A stretch of 61,780 bases of DNA, from NCBI GenBank assembly GCA_024680795.1, contig JAILBR010000043.1, positions 1 through 61,780 of the forward strand, in the 5' to 3' direction. A model generated the notes under the pieces. That model was given only the letters and a program-made list of their open reading frames with translations, was not told where the DNA came from and made no database searches. Below, piece after piece: positions 29,019 through 38,308 of this stretch. This stretch comes from Bacilli bacterium (GTDB lineage Bacteria > Bacillota_I > Bacilli_A > RFN20 > CAG-826). Both the position numbers and the translations under genes were made by a program. The first letter of the stretch is position 1. Each line of letters opens with the position of its first letter.

Positions 29019-29342
29019 TCATTTTTTTCTTTTTATAGACTCAATAAGTGGTTTATCTTCTTTGTTTATTTTTATGCCTTCTAATGGCCTACTGCCAAGA
29101 TCTCTTCTTTTGCTTTTCGAAGGCGTATTGTGAACAAACGACACTTTAACTTTAATTGGTTCTATGCTGTGCTTTAATTTAATTCTTTTAGGGCCTGGCG
29201 ATGATGTAAACACAATAACAAAATAACTGTTTTTCTTGTCACTCTTCTTATAAAGAAGAGCTGGATGTCCACCATGTCCATCACTATGTATATAAAATCT
29301 TCTTCTTTCTAAATGTTTGTTATAAATCTTTTTCTTGCTCAT
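29019..29342 (-). CDS. Small basic protein, PemK/MazF-like fold suspected (paralog B)
   Basis: AAGGAG RBS; 107 aa; GHPALLY...YFVIVFTSS...SFV pattern resembles the PemK/MazF RP.LV...VVPITS...S.I core. Confidence 0.75.
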   Translation of the reverse strand: MSKKKIYNKHLERRRFYIHSDGHGGHPALLYKKSDKKNSYFVIVFTSSPGPKRIKLKHSIEPIKVKVSFVHNTPSKSKRRDLGSRPLEGIKINKEDKPLIESIKRKK

Positions 29343-29549
29343 GATTTCTCCTTTCTTGTTTGTGTTTAGTCATCTGAATTTTTATCTCTCATTAAACTAA
29401 TAGTGATTTTTTTCGTTTTTATGACCAAAAAAATTAATATTTTGTTAAATATTGTTGCGTTGCTGATGTTATATAAATCAGAGATTTATATTCAAAAAAA
29501 ACAAAAAAGTCACTTTAAAAGTGACAAAACCATAATCTATAATTAGGCG

Positions 29550-30974
29550 ATGAATTTTATTAAGAACATAATCCAAAAATTTGAACTTAAATGGAGCGAT
29601 TTGCTTTTAGCGGTTGGCTTTTTGTTTTCAAGCGTTTTTTATGCATTCTCATGGCAATTCATGGTCAATAGCAATCCAAACGATCTATTCCTTAAACCAT
29701 GGATGATTATCATAAGTTTTATAATCGTTTTTTCGTGTTGGGGTGGCTATTTATTTCTCGAACATAGAGCAAATAATCTTCCAAAACCTTACATATCCGG
29801 CCTATTTTTCTTTGTAGCCATATGGAGCGTGATATCAATTCTCATTCAACCATCGCAAGTAATTGAAGAAGTTGTGATGCGTGTTGTCAATGACACAAAC
29901 TCGGTAGCTTATCCTGGGCATAGTGTTGGTGATATCATTACTATCACCTTACAATTATCTCCGGTTCATAAGATGTTTTTCGCTATGGCGGCTTTCGTTA
30001 TAGTCGAGGTTTTTTATATTACATTCTTTGTGCTCCCAAAAAGATTTAAAAATTTAAACTTCCTCATCCTTGTTGGATGTGTGACATTCGCGTTCTTGTT
30101 TATCATGGTTGGATATAGTTATGTAACCGAATGGGATCACTATATACCATTCTTAAAAGCATTATTCGGTGACGGAACTATAGAAGATGTATATGAGAAC
30201 GCTGTATGTAGTTTTATCGTTCATAGAGTTCCATATGGAGTTTGCATGATGATGGGTTTAACATTCACAATTGTTGTTCATTCTATACATCAAAAATGGT
30301 ATTGGTATTTATTAACTGTATTCTTCTATATAAATATGGTTTTCTCATATTGTAAGACAGCTTTAATCATTTCAGCACTTATCGTTGTGGCATATGTCGT
30401 ATTCAGACTGATTTATACTTATAAAGAGTATAGAAAAAGAAACAAGATATTATTAATATCTTTTGGTTCATTATTTGGCTTATTCATCCTTTTGGTTGGA
30501 GTCAGTTATATAAGTAAAGGCACAATTCTTTCACCTATCTATAAAATGATTACTTCCGTTACAGGAACTAACACCATCGATACAAGAAGTTATATTTGGG
30601 ATAATGAATATCAATTACTAAGAAATGGTTGGTGGATTATCGGAAGAGGCTTTGGAACTTTTAACGAAGTGTTATATGTTATGAATATTGTTAATGGCGA
30701 CCCAGTAGCACCATCACACTCTTCTTATAATGCAATGTTAGGATATGGCGGCATTGTCTACTTACTTGGATTTATAGCCATAATTGTATATGCGGCTTAT
30801 ATGGTCATTAAGTGTTATAAAAAAGACCCAGCTCGTACATTCGGTTTTGCCATATGTGTTGCAGGATATCTTCTCTATGCTTTTACAGAAGGAGTTCACC
30901 ACTTACTATTAACGTTTGTGATTCCAATCTGCATCTTAAATCAAATCTTAAATGGTAATGAAAATAAGCAATAA
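29550..30974 (+). CDS. Polytopic membrane protein, O-antigen ligase/Wzy-like
   Basis: ~12 TM segments; TIDTRSYIW, WIIGRGFG, PSHSSYNAMLGYGGIV. Confidence 0.7.
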   Translation: MNFIKNIIQKFELKWSDLLLAVGFLFSSVFYAFSWQFMVNSNPNDLFLKPWMIIISFIIVFSCWGGYLFLEHRANNLPKPYISGLFFFVAIWSVISILIQPSQVIEEVVMRVVNDTNSVAYPGHSVGDIITITLQLSPVHKMFFAMAAFVIVEVFYITFFVLPKRFKNLNFLILVGCVTFAFLFIMVGYSYVTEWDHYIPFLKALFGDGTIEDVYENAVCSFIVHRVPYGVCMMMGLTFTIVVHSIHQKWYWYLLTVFFYINMVFSYCKTALIISALIVVAYVVFRLIYTYKEYRKRNKILLISFGSLFGLFILLVGVSYISKGTILSPIYKMITSVTGTNTIDTRSYIWDNEYQLLRNGWWIIGRGFGTFNEVLYVMNIVNGDPVAPSHSSYNAMLGYGGIVYLLGFIAIIVYAAYMVIKCYKKDPARTFGFAICVAGYLLYAFTEGVHHLLLTFVIPICILNQILNGNENKQ

Positions 30975-30989
30975 CGCGACAGGGATTGC

Positions 30990-32021
30990 TTATTTTTCTT
31001 CTTGAGCAGAAATAATATCCACTCTAGTAGCATGCCTTCCACCAGCAAATTCTGTGCTTAAAAAGATATCTACTCTTCTTAGAACGTCTTCAAGTTTCAT
31101 GAACTTTTGTCCAAAACTAATGACGTTTGCGTTATTATGCTCTCTCATAAGTCTAGCTACATCATCGTTATAAGCGATTCCGCATCTCACACCTTTGACT
31201 TTGTTGGCCGCTATAGCGATTCCTTCGCCACTAGTGCATACTAAAACGCCAAAATCACATTCTTTAGAAGCGACTTTTTCTCCAACAGCGATGCCAAAGG
31301 TTGGATAATGACAAGAATCATGATTAAATGTGCCAACATCCACTACTTGGTGGCCTGATTTTTCTAAATGTTCTTTGATTGCGTTCTTATATTCAAGTCC
31401 GCCATGATCACATCCAACTGCAATTTTCATAATTCTTACACTCCTTTTAATATCTTCTAAAGAAATAGGTCCTTCTCTTATTATCTTAACATCATCGTTT
31501 GTGAGGTCAATTATTGTCGAAGGCTTTGCTCCTAAAGCATTTTCTTTATAAATATATCCTAATTCATTTCCAAATTCTTTTTCCACTTCTTGATAGGATA
31601 TGAATGGTTTTTCTCCTGACCTATTTGCACTTGGAACTAATAGAGGTTTTTCTAAATATTCGAGCAAATCTCTAATATTTTTCATGTTTGGCACTCTAAT
31701 TCCAATAATTCCTGTATTGTGAGTAACATAACTTGGAACACTAGATTTTGCTCTTAATAGCACTGTTATTGGGCCAGGCATAAAGACATTAATGATTTGT
31801 CTATCTCTTAAAGTTAGATAAGCATATTTATCTATCTCTTCTTTATTGCTCACCATTAATGTATATGGTTTATCTTCTGGCCTTCTTTTAATATCATTGA
31901 GAAGGTTATATGCCTTTTCATCATCAAAATAAACACCTAATCCCATCACTGTTTCCGTTGGGAAAGCGATAACTTTAGATTTTTCTAATGCTTTTTTAGC
32001 TAACTCAAACTCGCTAGGCAT
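30990..32021 (-). CDS. tsaC-rpiB: In-frame fusion of threonylcarbamoyl-AMP synthase (TsaC/Sua5) and ribose-5-phosphate isomerase B
   Basis: FPTETVMGLG, KRRPEDKP, PGPIT, PSANRSG then without a stop MKIAVGCDHGG, CTSGEG, HNNANV, FAGGRHATRV; internal AAGGAG RBS before ATG 31430. Confidence 0.9.
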   Translation of the reverse strand: MPSEFELAKKALEKSKVIAFPTETVMGLGVYFDDEKAYNLLNDIKRRPEDKPYTLMVSNKEEIDKYAYLTLRDRQIINVFMPGPITVLLRAKSSVPSYVTHNTGIIGIRVPNMKNIRDLLEYLEKPLLVPSANRSGEKPFISYQEVEKEFGNELGYIYKENALGAKPSTIIDLTNDDVKIIREGPISLEDIKRSVRIMKIAVGCDHGGLEYKNAIKEHLEKSGHQVVDVGTFNHDSCHYPTFGIAVGEKVASKECDFGVLVCTSGEGIAIAANKVKGVRCGIAYNDDVARLMREHNNANVISFGQKFMKLEDVLRRVDIFLSTEFAGGRHATRVDIISAQEEK

Positions 32022-32862
32022 AATTATCAAATTCCTTCTTCTTTAAAATATATAGGAAACGAACCTTACCATACATATCTTTTTCAAAGTTATATCCAAC
32101 CCCTGGATATTCGTTTTCTAATAAATCAGTTAACTCTTCTTCCATATCTTCACCAATTTCAAAAGCAAGCAATGCTTCATCACTCATGTTTTTTAAGTTA
32201 GCAATCATCTCTTCATAATATTTGGTCTTTGGAGAAGCAAATAATGCAAGGTGTGGCTCATATTTAAGTGTTTGTTCGCTAACTGTTTCTGGTCCACCGA
32301 TATATGGGGGGTTAGAAACAATGACATCTAGCTTTTCTTTTATTGGAGAAAGCATATCACCACATCTAAAATCAATATCAACGTTATGAAGCTTCGCATT
32401 CTTCTTTGCAACTTCTAGAGCTTTTTCAGATATATCAGTAGCAATAATCTTTGCGGTTGGAAGGTTTTCTTTTAAATAGATAGCTAAAATTCCTGATCCA
32501 GTTCCAATGTCAGCGATTGATATATATGGATCTTTGCCAAAATGTTTAACAATATACACTAAAGCTCCAATAGCGAGTTGTTCTGTTTCTTGACGAGGAA
32601 TTAAAACATCGGGATTCACTATATAATTACTATTTATAAAATAGGTATAGCCTAAAACATATTGGAGAGGTTCTCCGTTCATAACTCTTTTAAGATTATC
32701 ATCTATTTTGTTTTCATTTTTTAGTTCATTGTCAAAATGAACAATAAGCTCAGTAAAATCATGAAAACCTCCATCATCGGTGAGGAGGGTTTTTACTACT
32801 GTGCTATTAACGTATTCGTTTTTTATTTTTTTAAGTTCAAAAAATTTTTGACGGTAAGTCAT
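32014..32862 (-). CDS. prmC: Release factor glutamine methyltransferase
   Basis: GEPLQY, VLIPRQETE, DIGTGSG, VSNPPYI; follows prfA. Confidence 0.95.
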   Translation of the reverse strand: MTYRQKFFELKKIKNEYVNSTVVKTLLTDDGGFHDFTELIVHFDNELKNENKIDDNLKRVMNGEPLQYVLGYTYFINSNYIVNPDVLIPRQETEQLAIGALVYIVKHFGKDPYISIADIGTGSGILAIYLKENLPTAKIIATDISEKALEVAKKNAKLHNVDIDFRCGDMLSPIKEKLDVIVSNPPYIGGPETVSEQTLKYEPHLALFASPKTKYYEEMIANLKNMSDEALLAFEIGEDMEEELTDLLENEYPGVGYNFEKDMYGKVRFLYILKKKEFDNYA

Positions 32863-32864
32863 TA

Positions 32865-33941
32865 TTAATTCTCGCCTGCGATTTTTTGCGATTGATCGTA
32901 ATGGATTAAGGCTTCAATGATATCTTCGATATCGCCTTCCATAACACGGTCAAGAGCTTGGATGGTATAACCAATTCTATGATCGGTTACACGGTTTTGT
33001 GGATAATTATAAGTTCTAATCTTTTCACTTCTTTCGCCAGTACCGATTTTAAGTCTTCTTTCGTTACCAATTTCTTCTTGCTGTTTTTCAAGCATTGTGG
33101 AATACATCTTAGTTCTTAACATCTGCATAGCGATTTCACGGTTTTGGATTTGTGATTTTTCAGTTTGGCATGCGACAACTATACCAGTTGGGATATGAGT
33201 GATACGAACAGCAGACTCAGTTTTATTAACATTTTGTCCACCAGCACCTTGTGAGTGATATGTATCAACTTGTAAATCATTTGGATTGATTTCAATATCG
33301 ATTTCTTCGGCTTCAGGCATAACTAAGACAGTAGCGGTTGAAGTATGAATACGTCCACTAGCTTCTGTTTTAGGAACTCTTTGTACACGGTGAGCGCCTG
33401 ATTCAAATTTGAGTTTAGAATACACCATTTTCCCTTTAATCATGAAAGAAACTTGGGAGAATCCACCTGCTTCTGATTCGTAAGAATCAAGCATTTGAAT
33501 TTTCCAGTTTTGTGATTCAGCATATCTCGTATACATTCTAAATAAGTCACCAGCGAAAATATTAGCTTCATCTCCACCAGCGGCGCCTCTAATTTCAACA
33601 ATGATATTCTTGTCGTCATTAGGATCTTTTGGAATAAGTAATTCTCTAAGTTCTTCTTCTAGCGCAGTTTGCTCTTCGTCAATTCTTTTCATTTCTTCTT
33701 TTCCCATTTCGGCGATATCAGGATCGCTATCATGAGACATTTCTAAAGCACCTTGATATTCTTCTTCGTTTTTTTGGTAACGGTCAAAAGCTTCAACTTG
33801 TGGTTCAAGGTTGGCTCTTTCTTTAGAAATATCACGGAAATGTTTTAAATCTTTCATTGTGTCAGGGTTTAAAAGTTCTTCATCAATCTCATGAAGTCTT
33901 TTGCGAGCCGCTAACAATCTTTGATACATACTTTCTTCCAT
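32865..33941 (-). CDS. prfA: Peptide chain release factor 1
   Basis: EIRGAAGGDEA, HRVQRVPKTE (PxT), [29 protein letters not shown]; start at ATG 33941 with GAGG RBS. Confidence 0.97.
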   Translation of the reverse strand: MEESMYQRLLAARKRLHEIDEELLNPDTMKDLKHFRDISKERANLEPQVEAFDRYQKNEEEYQGALEMSHDSDPDIAEMGKEEMKRIDEEQTALEEELRELLIPKDPNDDKNIIVEIRGAAGGDEANIFAGDLFRMYTRYAESQNWKIQMLDSYESEAGGFSQVSFMIKGKMVYSKLKFESGAHRVQRVPKTEASGRIHTSTATVLVMPEAEEIDIEINPNDLQVDTYHSQGAGGQNVNKTESAVRITHIPTGIVVACQTEKSQIQNREIAMQMLRTKMYSTMLEKQQEEIGNERRLKIGTGERSEKIRTYNYPQNRVTDHRIGYTIQALDRVMEGDIEDIIEALIHYDQSQKIAGEN

Positions 33942-34065
33942 AATTAACCTCAATTTTGCGATTGCTATTGTATCATATATCTCTAACAATAAAAAGATGG
34001 TTAATATTTATTATTAATTCTTCAAAGATTGGACATATTTTTGTATACTAATAAAAGGTAAATTT

Positions 34066-35772
34066 ATGGCGTACAAAGCATTATATAGAACATATCGTCC
34101 TCAGACATTTGACGAGGTCGCAGGGCAACAACACATCGTCAAGACTTTAAAAAATGCGTTAGCAACTGGGAAAATTGCTCATGCATATCTTTTTGCTGGT
34201 CCTCGTGGAACTGGTAAAACCACAATGGCAAAATTGTTTGCCAAAGCGCTAAACTGTGATAACGGCATTGGCCATCAGTGCAATGAATGTAAAAACTGCT
34301 TGGCGATTATGGATGGCTCTCATCCAGATGTTTTAGAACTCGACGCAGCTAGTAATAATGGCGTTGATGAAATTAGAGAACTAATCGATAAAGTCAAATA
34401 TGGCACTATTTTAGGTAGATACAAAGTCTACATTATCGATGAAGTTCATATGCTATCTACAGGTGCATTTAATGCATTATTAAAAACATTAGAAGAACCA
34501 CCAGAGCATGTCATTTTCATCCTTGCCACTACTGAACCGCATAAGATTCTTCCAACCATTCTTTCTAGATGTCAAAGATATGACTTTGAAAAAGTCAGTG
34601 ATAAAGATATCAAGGAAAGATTACGTATCGTTTTAGATGAAGAAGGTGCTTCTTATCAAGAAGAAGCCATCGATTTAATTGTTAAACTCGCTGATGGAGG
34701 AATGCGTGATGCTCTTTCAATTCTTGAAAAGGTTTTAGCGTACTCTGGCAATTCATTAATTGAACAAGATATCTTAGATATTTTCTCTTTAGAATCAACT
34801 GAAGAAAAGATTAACCTTTTAAAATCGATTATTAATCATGATGTCAAAGATGTTTTGGGCCGTTTGAATCGTTATGTGACAAGTGGCACAGATATCAAAA
34901 GATTAACTGAAGACTTATTAACAATCTTAAAAGATGTTTTGGTCTATAACTCTTCTAACAACGCTTCTTATTTAGAACTACTAAAGGAAAACGAAGTTGA
35001 AGAAATTGCACCTCTATTAGACGAAGATACTACTTTAAAGATGATTGATGTCTTAATGAATGCGGTCAAAGATTATAAGAATGTCACTTCTATTACTCCG
35101 TTATTTGAAATTACACTTCTTAAATTGACCTCACTTAATAACGCACAAAAACCAGTGCCTCCAGTTGAGAAAGTAGTAGAAAAACCAATCGAAAAACATA
35201 TCGAAAACCCAACACGTCCTTCTTATATTGAACCTAAACCAGTTGAGAAGAAGGTTGAAGAGCCTATTAAGATAGTTAAGGAAGAAAAGCCTGTTGAAGA
35301 GCCAGTATACTCCACTGAAATAAAGATGAATGACACAGTTATTTATCTTAAAGATGCGGATGCGGAAGACTATTTCTCAATTAGCGATGACCTCATGATT
35401 AAAGTTATGGTTACCTCTAAGAAGGATATTAAAACTGAATTGATTGACGGCTGGAAGAATGTGAAGAAGTTTGTCACTCATCCAGTTGTTGGAAAAGCTG
35501 CCTCGTTATTAATTGATGGTCATCCATTAGTGGCAAGCAACAAAATTGTTATCTTGGAATATCAACTTCCAAAAGCAGCGGAAAAAGTTAATCTAAAAGA
35601 AAATCAATTAGGATTACAAACTGTTCTAGAGCAAATCTTCCATAGAAAGATGTTTGTTTACGCAGTAAGTAGAAATAAGTCTATTGATTTACAAGGTGAA
35701 TACATGAACCTATTACAAATTGGACAACTTCCAAAAGCCAAAGAAGTGTTCCTAGAATTTGAAGGAGAATAA
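34066..35772 (+). CDS. dnaX: DNA polymerase III subunit gamma/tau
   Basis: ALYRTYRPQTF, GPRGTGKTT, DAASNNGVD, IIDEVHML, ILSRCQ. Confidence 0.97.
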   Translation: MAYKALYRTYRPQTFDEVAGQQHIVKTLKNALATGKIAHAYLFAGPRGTGKTTMAKLFAKALNCDNGIGHQCNECKNCLAIMDGSHPDVLELDAASNNGVDEIRELIDKVKYGTILGRYKVYIIDEVHMLSTGAFNALLKTLEEPPEHVIFILATTEPHKILPTILSRCQRYDFEKVSDKDIKERLRIVLDEEGASYQEEAIDLIVKLADGGMRDALSILEKVLAYSGNSLIEQDILDIFSLESTEEKINLLKSIINHDVKDVLGRLNRYVTSGTDIKRLTEDLLTILKDVLVYNSSNNASYLELLKENEVEEIAPLLDEDTTLKMIDVLMNAVKDYKNVTSITPLFEITLLKLTSLNNAQKPVPPVEKVVEKPIEKHIENPTRPSYIEPKPVEKKVEEPIKIVKEEKPVEEPVYSTEIKMNDTVIYLKDADAEDYFSISDDLMIKVMVTSKKDIKTELIDGWKNVKKFVTHPVVGKAASLLIDGHPLVASNKIVILEYQLPKAAEKVNLKENQLGLQTVLEQIFHRKMFVYAVSRNKSIDLQGEYMNLLQIGQLPKAKEVFLEFEGE

Positions 35773-36080
35773 TGATTATGAACATGCAACAAATGATGAT
35801 ACAAGCTCAAAAAATGCAAAGAGAGCTTCAAAAAGCACAAGCTGAACTCGCCAAAAAAGAATTCAAAATTACGAAAGCTGGTTTAGTGACAGTTACTGTT
35901 TTAGGAAGTAAAGAAGTAGTATCAGTAAGCATTGAAGAAGAAGGATACGATAAAGATAACAAAGAAATGGTCGAAGAGATGATTGCTTTAGCGTTAAACG
36001 AGCTCTTTGAACAAATCGATGCTGAAAATGAAGCAATTCAAGAAAGAATCACCGGTAGAGCTGGAGGATTTGGCTTCTAA
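35772..36080 (+). CDS. ybaB: YbaB/EbfC nucleoid-associated protein
   Basis: MQQMMIQAQKMQREL; dnaX-ybaB-recR synteny. Confidence 0.92.
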   Translation: MIMNMQQMMIQAQKMQRELQKAQAELAKKEFKITKAGLVTVTVLGSKEVVSVSIEEEGYDKDNKEMVEEMIALALNELFEQIDAENEAIQERITGRAGGFGF

Positions 36081-36676
36081 TGGAAAAACTTAAATCATTA
36101 GAAAGATTAGAAGAGGCGCTTTCTAGACTTCCTGGAGTAGGAAAAAGAAGCGCAGAACGTATGGCGTACGCTATGCTGGATTTTTCTGATGAAGATTTAG
36201 CGGAAATTGGTGACGCTATAAAAGAAATAAAAACAAACATTAAGAGATGTAAAGTATGCGGAATGATTACCGAGGAAGAAGAGTGCTCAATTTGTACGGA
36301 TAGCGATAGAGATGAATCATTATTAATGATTGTTTCCTATCCAAAAGATGTCTTCACCATTGAAAAAAGCGAATCATTTAAAGGCAAATATCACATTTTA
36401 AATGGCGAGATTTCTTTAGGAAAAGGGATGCATACAGAGCACTTAAATATTCCTTCTCTTTTAGAGAGATTAAACAAAGGCAAAGTAAAAGAAATCATTA
36501 TTGCTACCAGCCCAACAGTGGATGGAGAAACTACCGCTTTATACTTAGCCAAAATATTAGAATCATATAAAATCAACGTCACTCGTTTAGCCTATGGCTT
36601 ACAAATGGGTGGAAATTTAGATTATGTCGATCCTCTAACACTTTCAAAGGCATTAGAAGGCAGACACAAATTATAG
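36080..36676 (+). CDS. recR: Recombination protein RecR
   Basis: LPGVGKRSAER, C4 zinc finger, TOPRIM EIIIATSPTVDGETTA. Confidence 0.97.
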   Translation: MEKLKSLERLEEALSRLPGVGKRSAERMAYAMLDFSDEDLAEIGDAIKEIKTNIKRCKVCGMITEEEECSICTDSDRDESLLMIVSYPKDVFTIEKSESFKGKYHILNGEISLGKGMHTEHLNIPSLLERLNKGKVKEIIIATSPTVDGETTALYLAKILESYKINVTRLAYGLQMGGNLDYVDPLTLSKALEGRHKL

Positions 36677-36687
36677 GAGGCCACGAT

Positions 36688-37308
36688 ATGTTTATCACGC
36701 TTGAAGGTCCTGAAGGTTCAGGAAAGACCACCGCAATCGAAAGTACAGTACAAAAATTAAAAGAAATGGGTTACGAAATCGTCAGAACTCGCGAACCAGG
36801 CGGAACTCCTATTGCTGAAGAAATTAGAAATGTCATTCTCGATAAGAAAAACACAGCAATGGACCCACGTACTGAGGCTTTATTATATGCAGCAAGCAGA
36901 AGGCAACACCTTGTTGAAAAAGTGTGGCCAGCTTTAAAAGAAGGCAAGATTGTCATTTGTGATAGATATTTAGATTCTTCCTTAGCCTACCAGGGTGGCG
37001 CAAGAGATTTAGGTATTGATGAAGTATTAAACATCAATTTATTTGCCACCGAAAACACATGGCCAGATTTAACATTATTATTTGACATCACTCCTGAAGA
37101 AGGATTAAAAAGAATAGCGGCAAACGCATCTAGAGAAGTTAATAGACTCGATTTAGAAAAATTAGAATTCCATCATAAAGTTCGTGATTCATTTTTGCTT
37201 TTAGCAAAAAGATATCCAGATAGATTTGTGATAATCGACGCTAGTAAATCGAGAGAAAAAGTTGCAAAAGCCACTCTTGATGCAGTCTTATCACGTTTAT
37301 GCAAATAG
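36688..37308 (+). CDS. tmk: Thymidylate kinase
   Basis: FITLEGPEGSGKTT, TREPGG, DRYLDSSLAYQG. Confidence 0.97.
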   Translation: MFITLEGPEGSGKTTAIESTVQKLKEMGYEIVRTREPGGTPIAEEIRNVILDKKNTAMDPRTEALLYAASRRQHLVEKVWPALKEGKIVICDRYLDSSLAYQGGARDLGIDEVLNINLFATENTWPDLTLLFDITPEEGLKRIAANASREVNRLDLEKLEFHHKVRDSFLLLAKRYPDRFVIIDASKSREKVAKATLDAVLSRLCK

Positions 37309-38306
37309 AAAAGTATTTAAAAGAAAACCAACATATCGTTTATCAAACATTTGTTAATGCTTTAAATAACAAAACTCTTTCGCATGCCTATCTTTTAGTG
37401 GGAAATCCAGGAACACCACTTTTTGATGTTGCTAAATATCTCGCTAAATCTATTTTGTGTGACGATCCAAGCCCTTTAGCGTGTGAGAACTGTATTACAT
37501 GCTTAAGAATTGAAAGCAATAATTACCCAGACATTATTCAAGTTGATGGCAGTAAAGGCACAATTAAAAAAGAAGATGTTTTAAATATCGAGAGTAGATT
37601 CGAAAAAACCGCTTTTGAAAATAAAGGGGTGATGATTTATATCATCAACTTAGTTGAAAATATGACTGTAGAAGCGGTTAATAGTATGCTTAAGTTCCTT
37701 GAAGAGCCAGAAAGCACTGTTTACGCCTTCTTAACAACAAATAACGAGAACAACGTTTTACCTACTATTTTATCTAGATGTCAAATTCTACATTTAAAGA
37801 CGATTGATAGGCAAAAAGTTATCGAAGATGCAGAATCGTTAAATGTTCCTAGAGACGACGCTGAGTTATTATCTTATTTTTATAATGATTCAGAACTGAT
37901 ATATGATGTATTAAATCCAAACAACGAAGAAGAGGAAATAGAGAAAGAAGCCTATATAAAAAGTAAAAACGCATTTGTCGGCTTGTTAGATACATTAGCT
38001 AAAGGCGAGGCAAGAGATGCAATATACTTCACCGATAAAGAAATAATACCTCTAGTTAAAACAAAGGAAGCAGCAAGATTCTTTATCGATATGTTAACTC
38101 AAGCATTTGAAGATTTGCTTAACATTCAATATTCTCGTGAGATAACTTTGCAAAGTTATGATACAATATTAAAAGTTTTAGCCAATAAGTTGCCTCATAT
38201 CAAAGAGAGTTTAGTAGAAATATTAAAGCAGAGAAACTTGGTTAACATGAATGTGAATATCTCACTTCAACTAGATCACTTAATTATTTACATCACAAAG
38301 GATTAA
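37299..38306 (+). CDS. holB: DNA polymerase III subunit delta'
   Basis: SHAYLL, CENCITC, LKFLEEP, LPTILSRCQ; follows tmk. Confidence 0.9.
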   Translation: MQIEKYLKENQHIVYQTFVNALNNKTLSHAYLLVGNPGTPLFDVAKYLAKSILCDDPSPLACENCITCLRIESNNYPDIIQVDGSKGTIKKEDVLNIESRFEKTAFENKGVMIYIINLVENMTVEAVNSMLKFLEEPESTVYAFLTTNNENNVLPTILSRCQILHLKTIDRQKVIEDAESLNVPRDDAELLSYFYNDSELIYDVLNPNNEEEEIEKEAYIKSKNAFVGLLDTLAKGEARDAIYFTDKEIIPLVKTKEAARFFIDMLTQAFEDLLNIQYSREITLQSYDTILKVLANKLPHIKESLVEILKQRNLVNMNVNISLQLDHLIIYITKD

Positions 38307-38308
38307 CT

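Noticed and set aside
29471-29525. Inverted repeats TATAAATC/GATTTATA and GTCACTT/AAGTGAC in the divergent promoter
   Set aside because: Could be operators, but no cognate regulator or second copy was found and they are plausible by chance in AT-rich DNA
33942-34065. SRP RNA (ffs), often found upstream of dnaX in Bacilli
   Set aside because: Only ~125 bp of AT-rich divergent-promoter DNA with no GGAA-tetraloop domain IV
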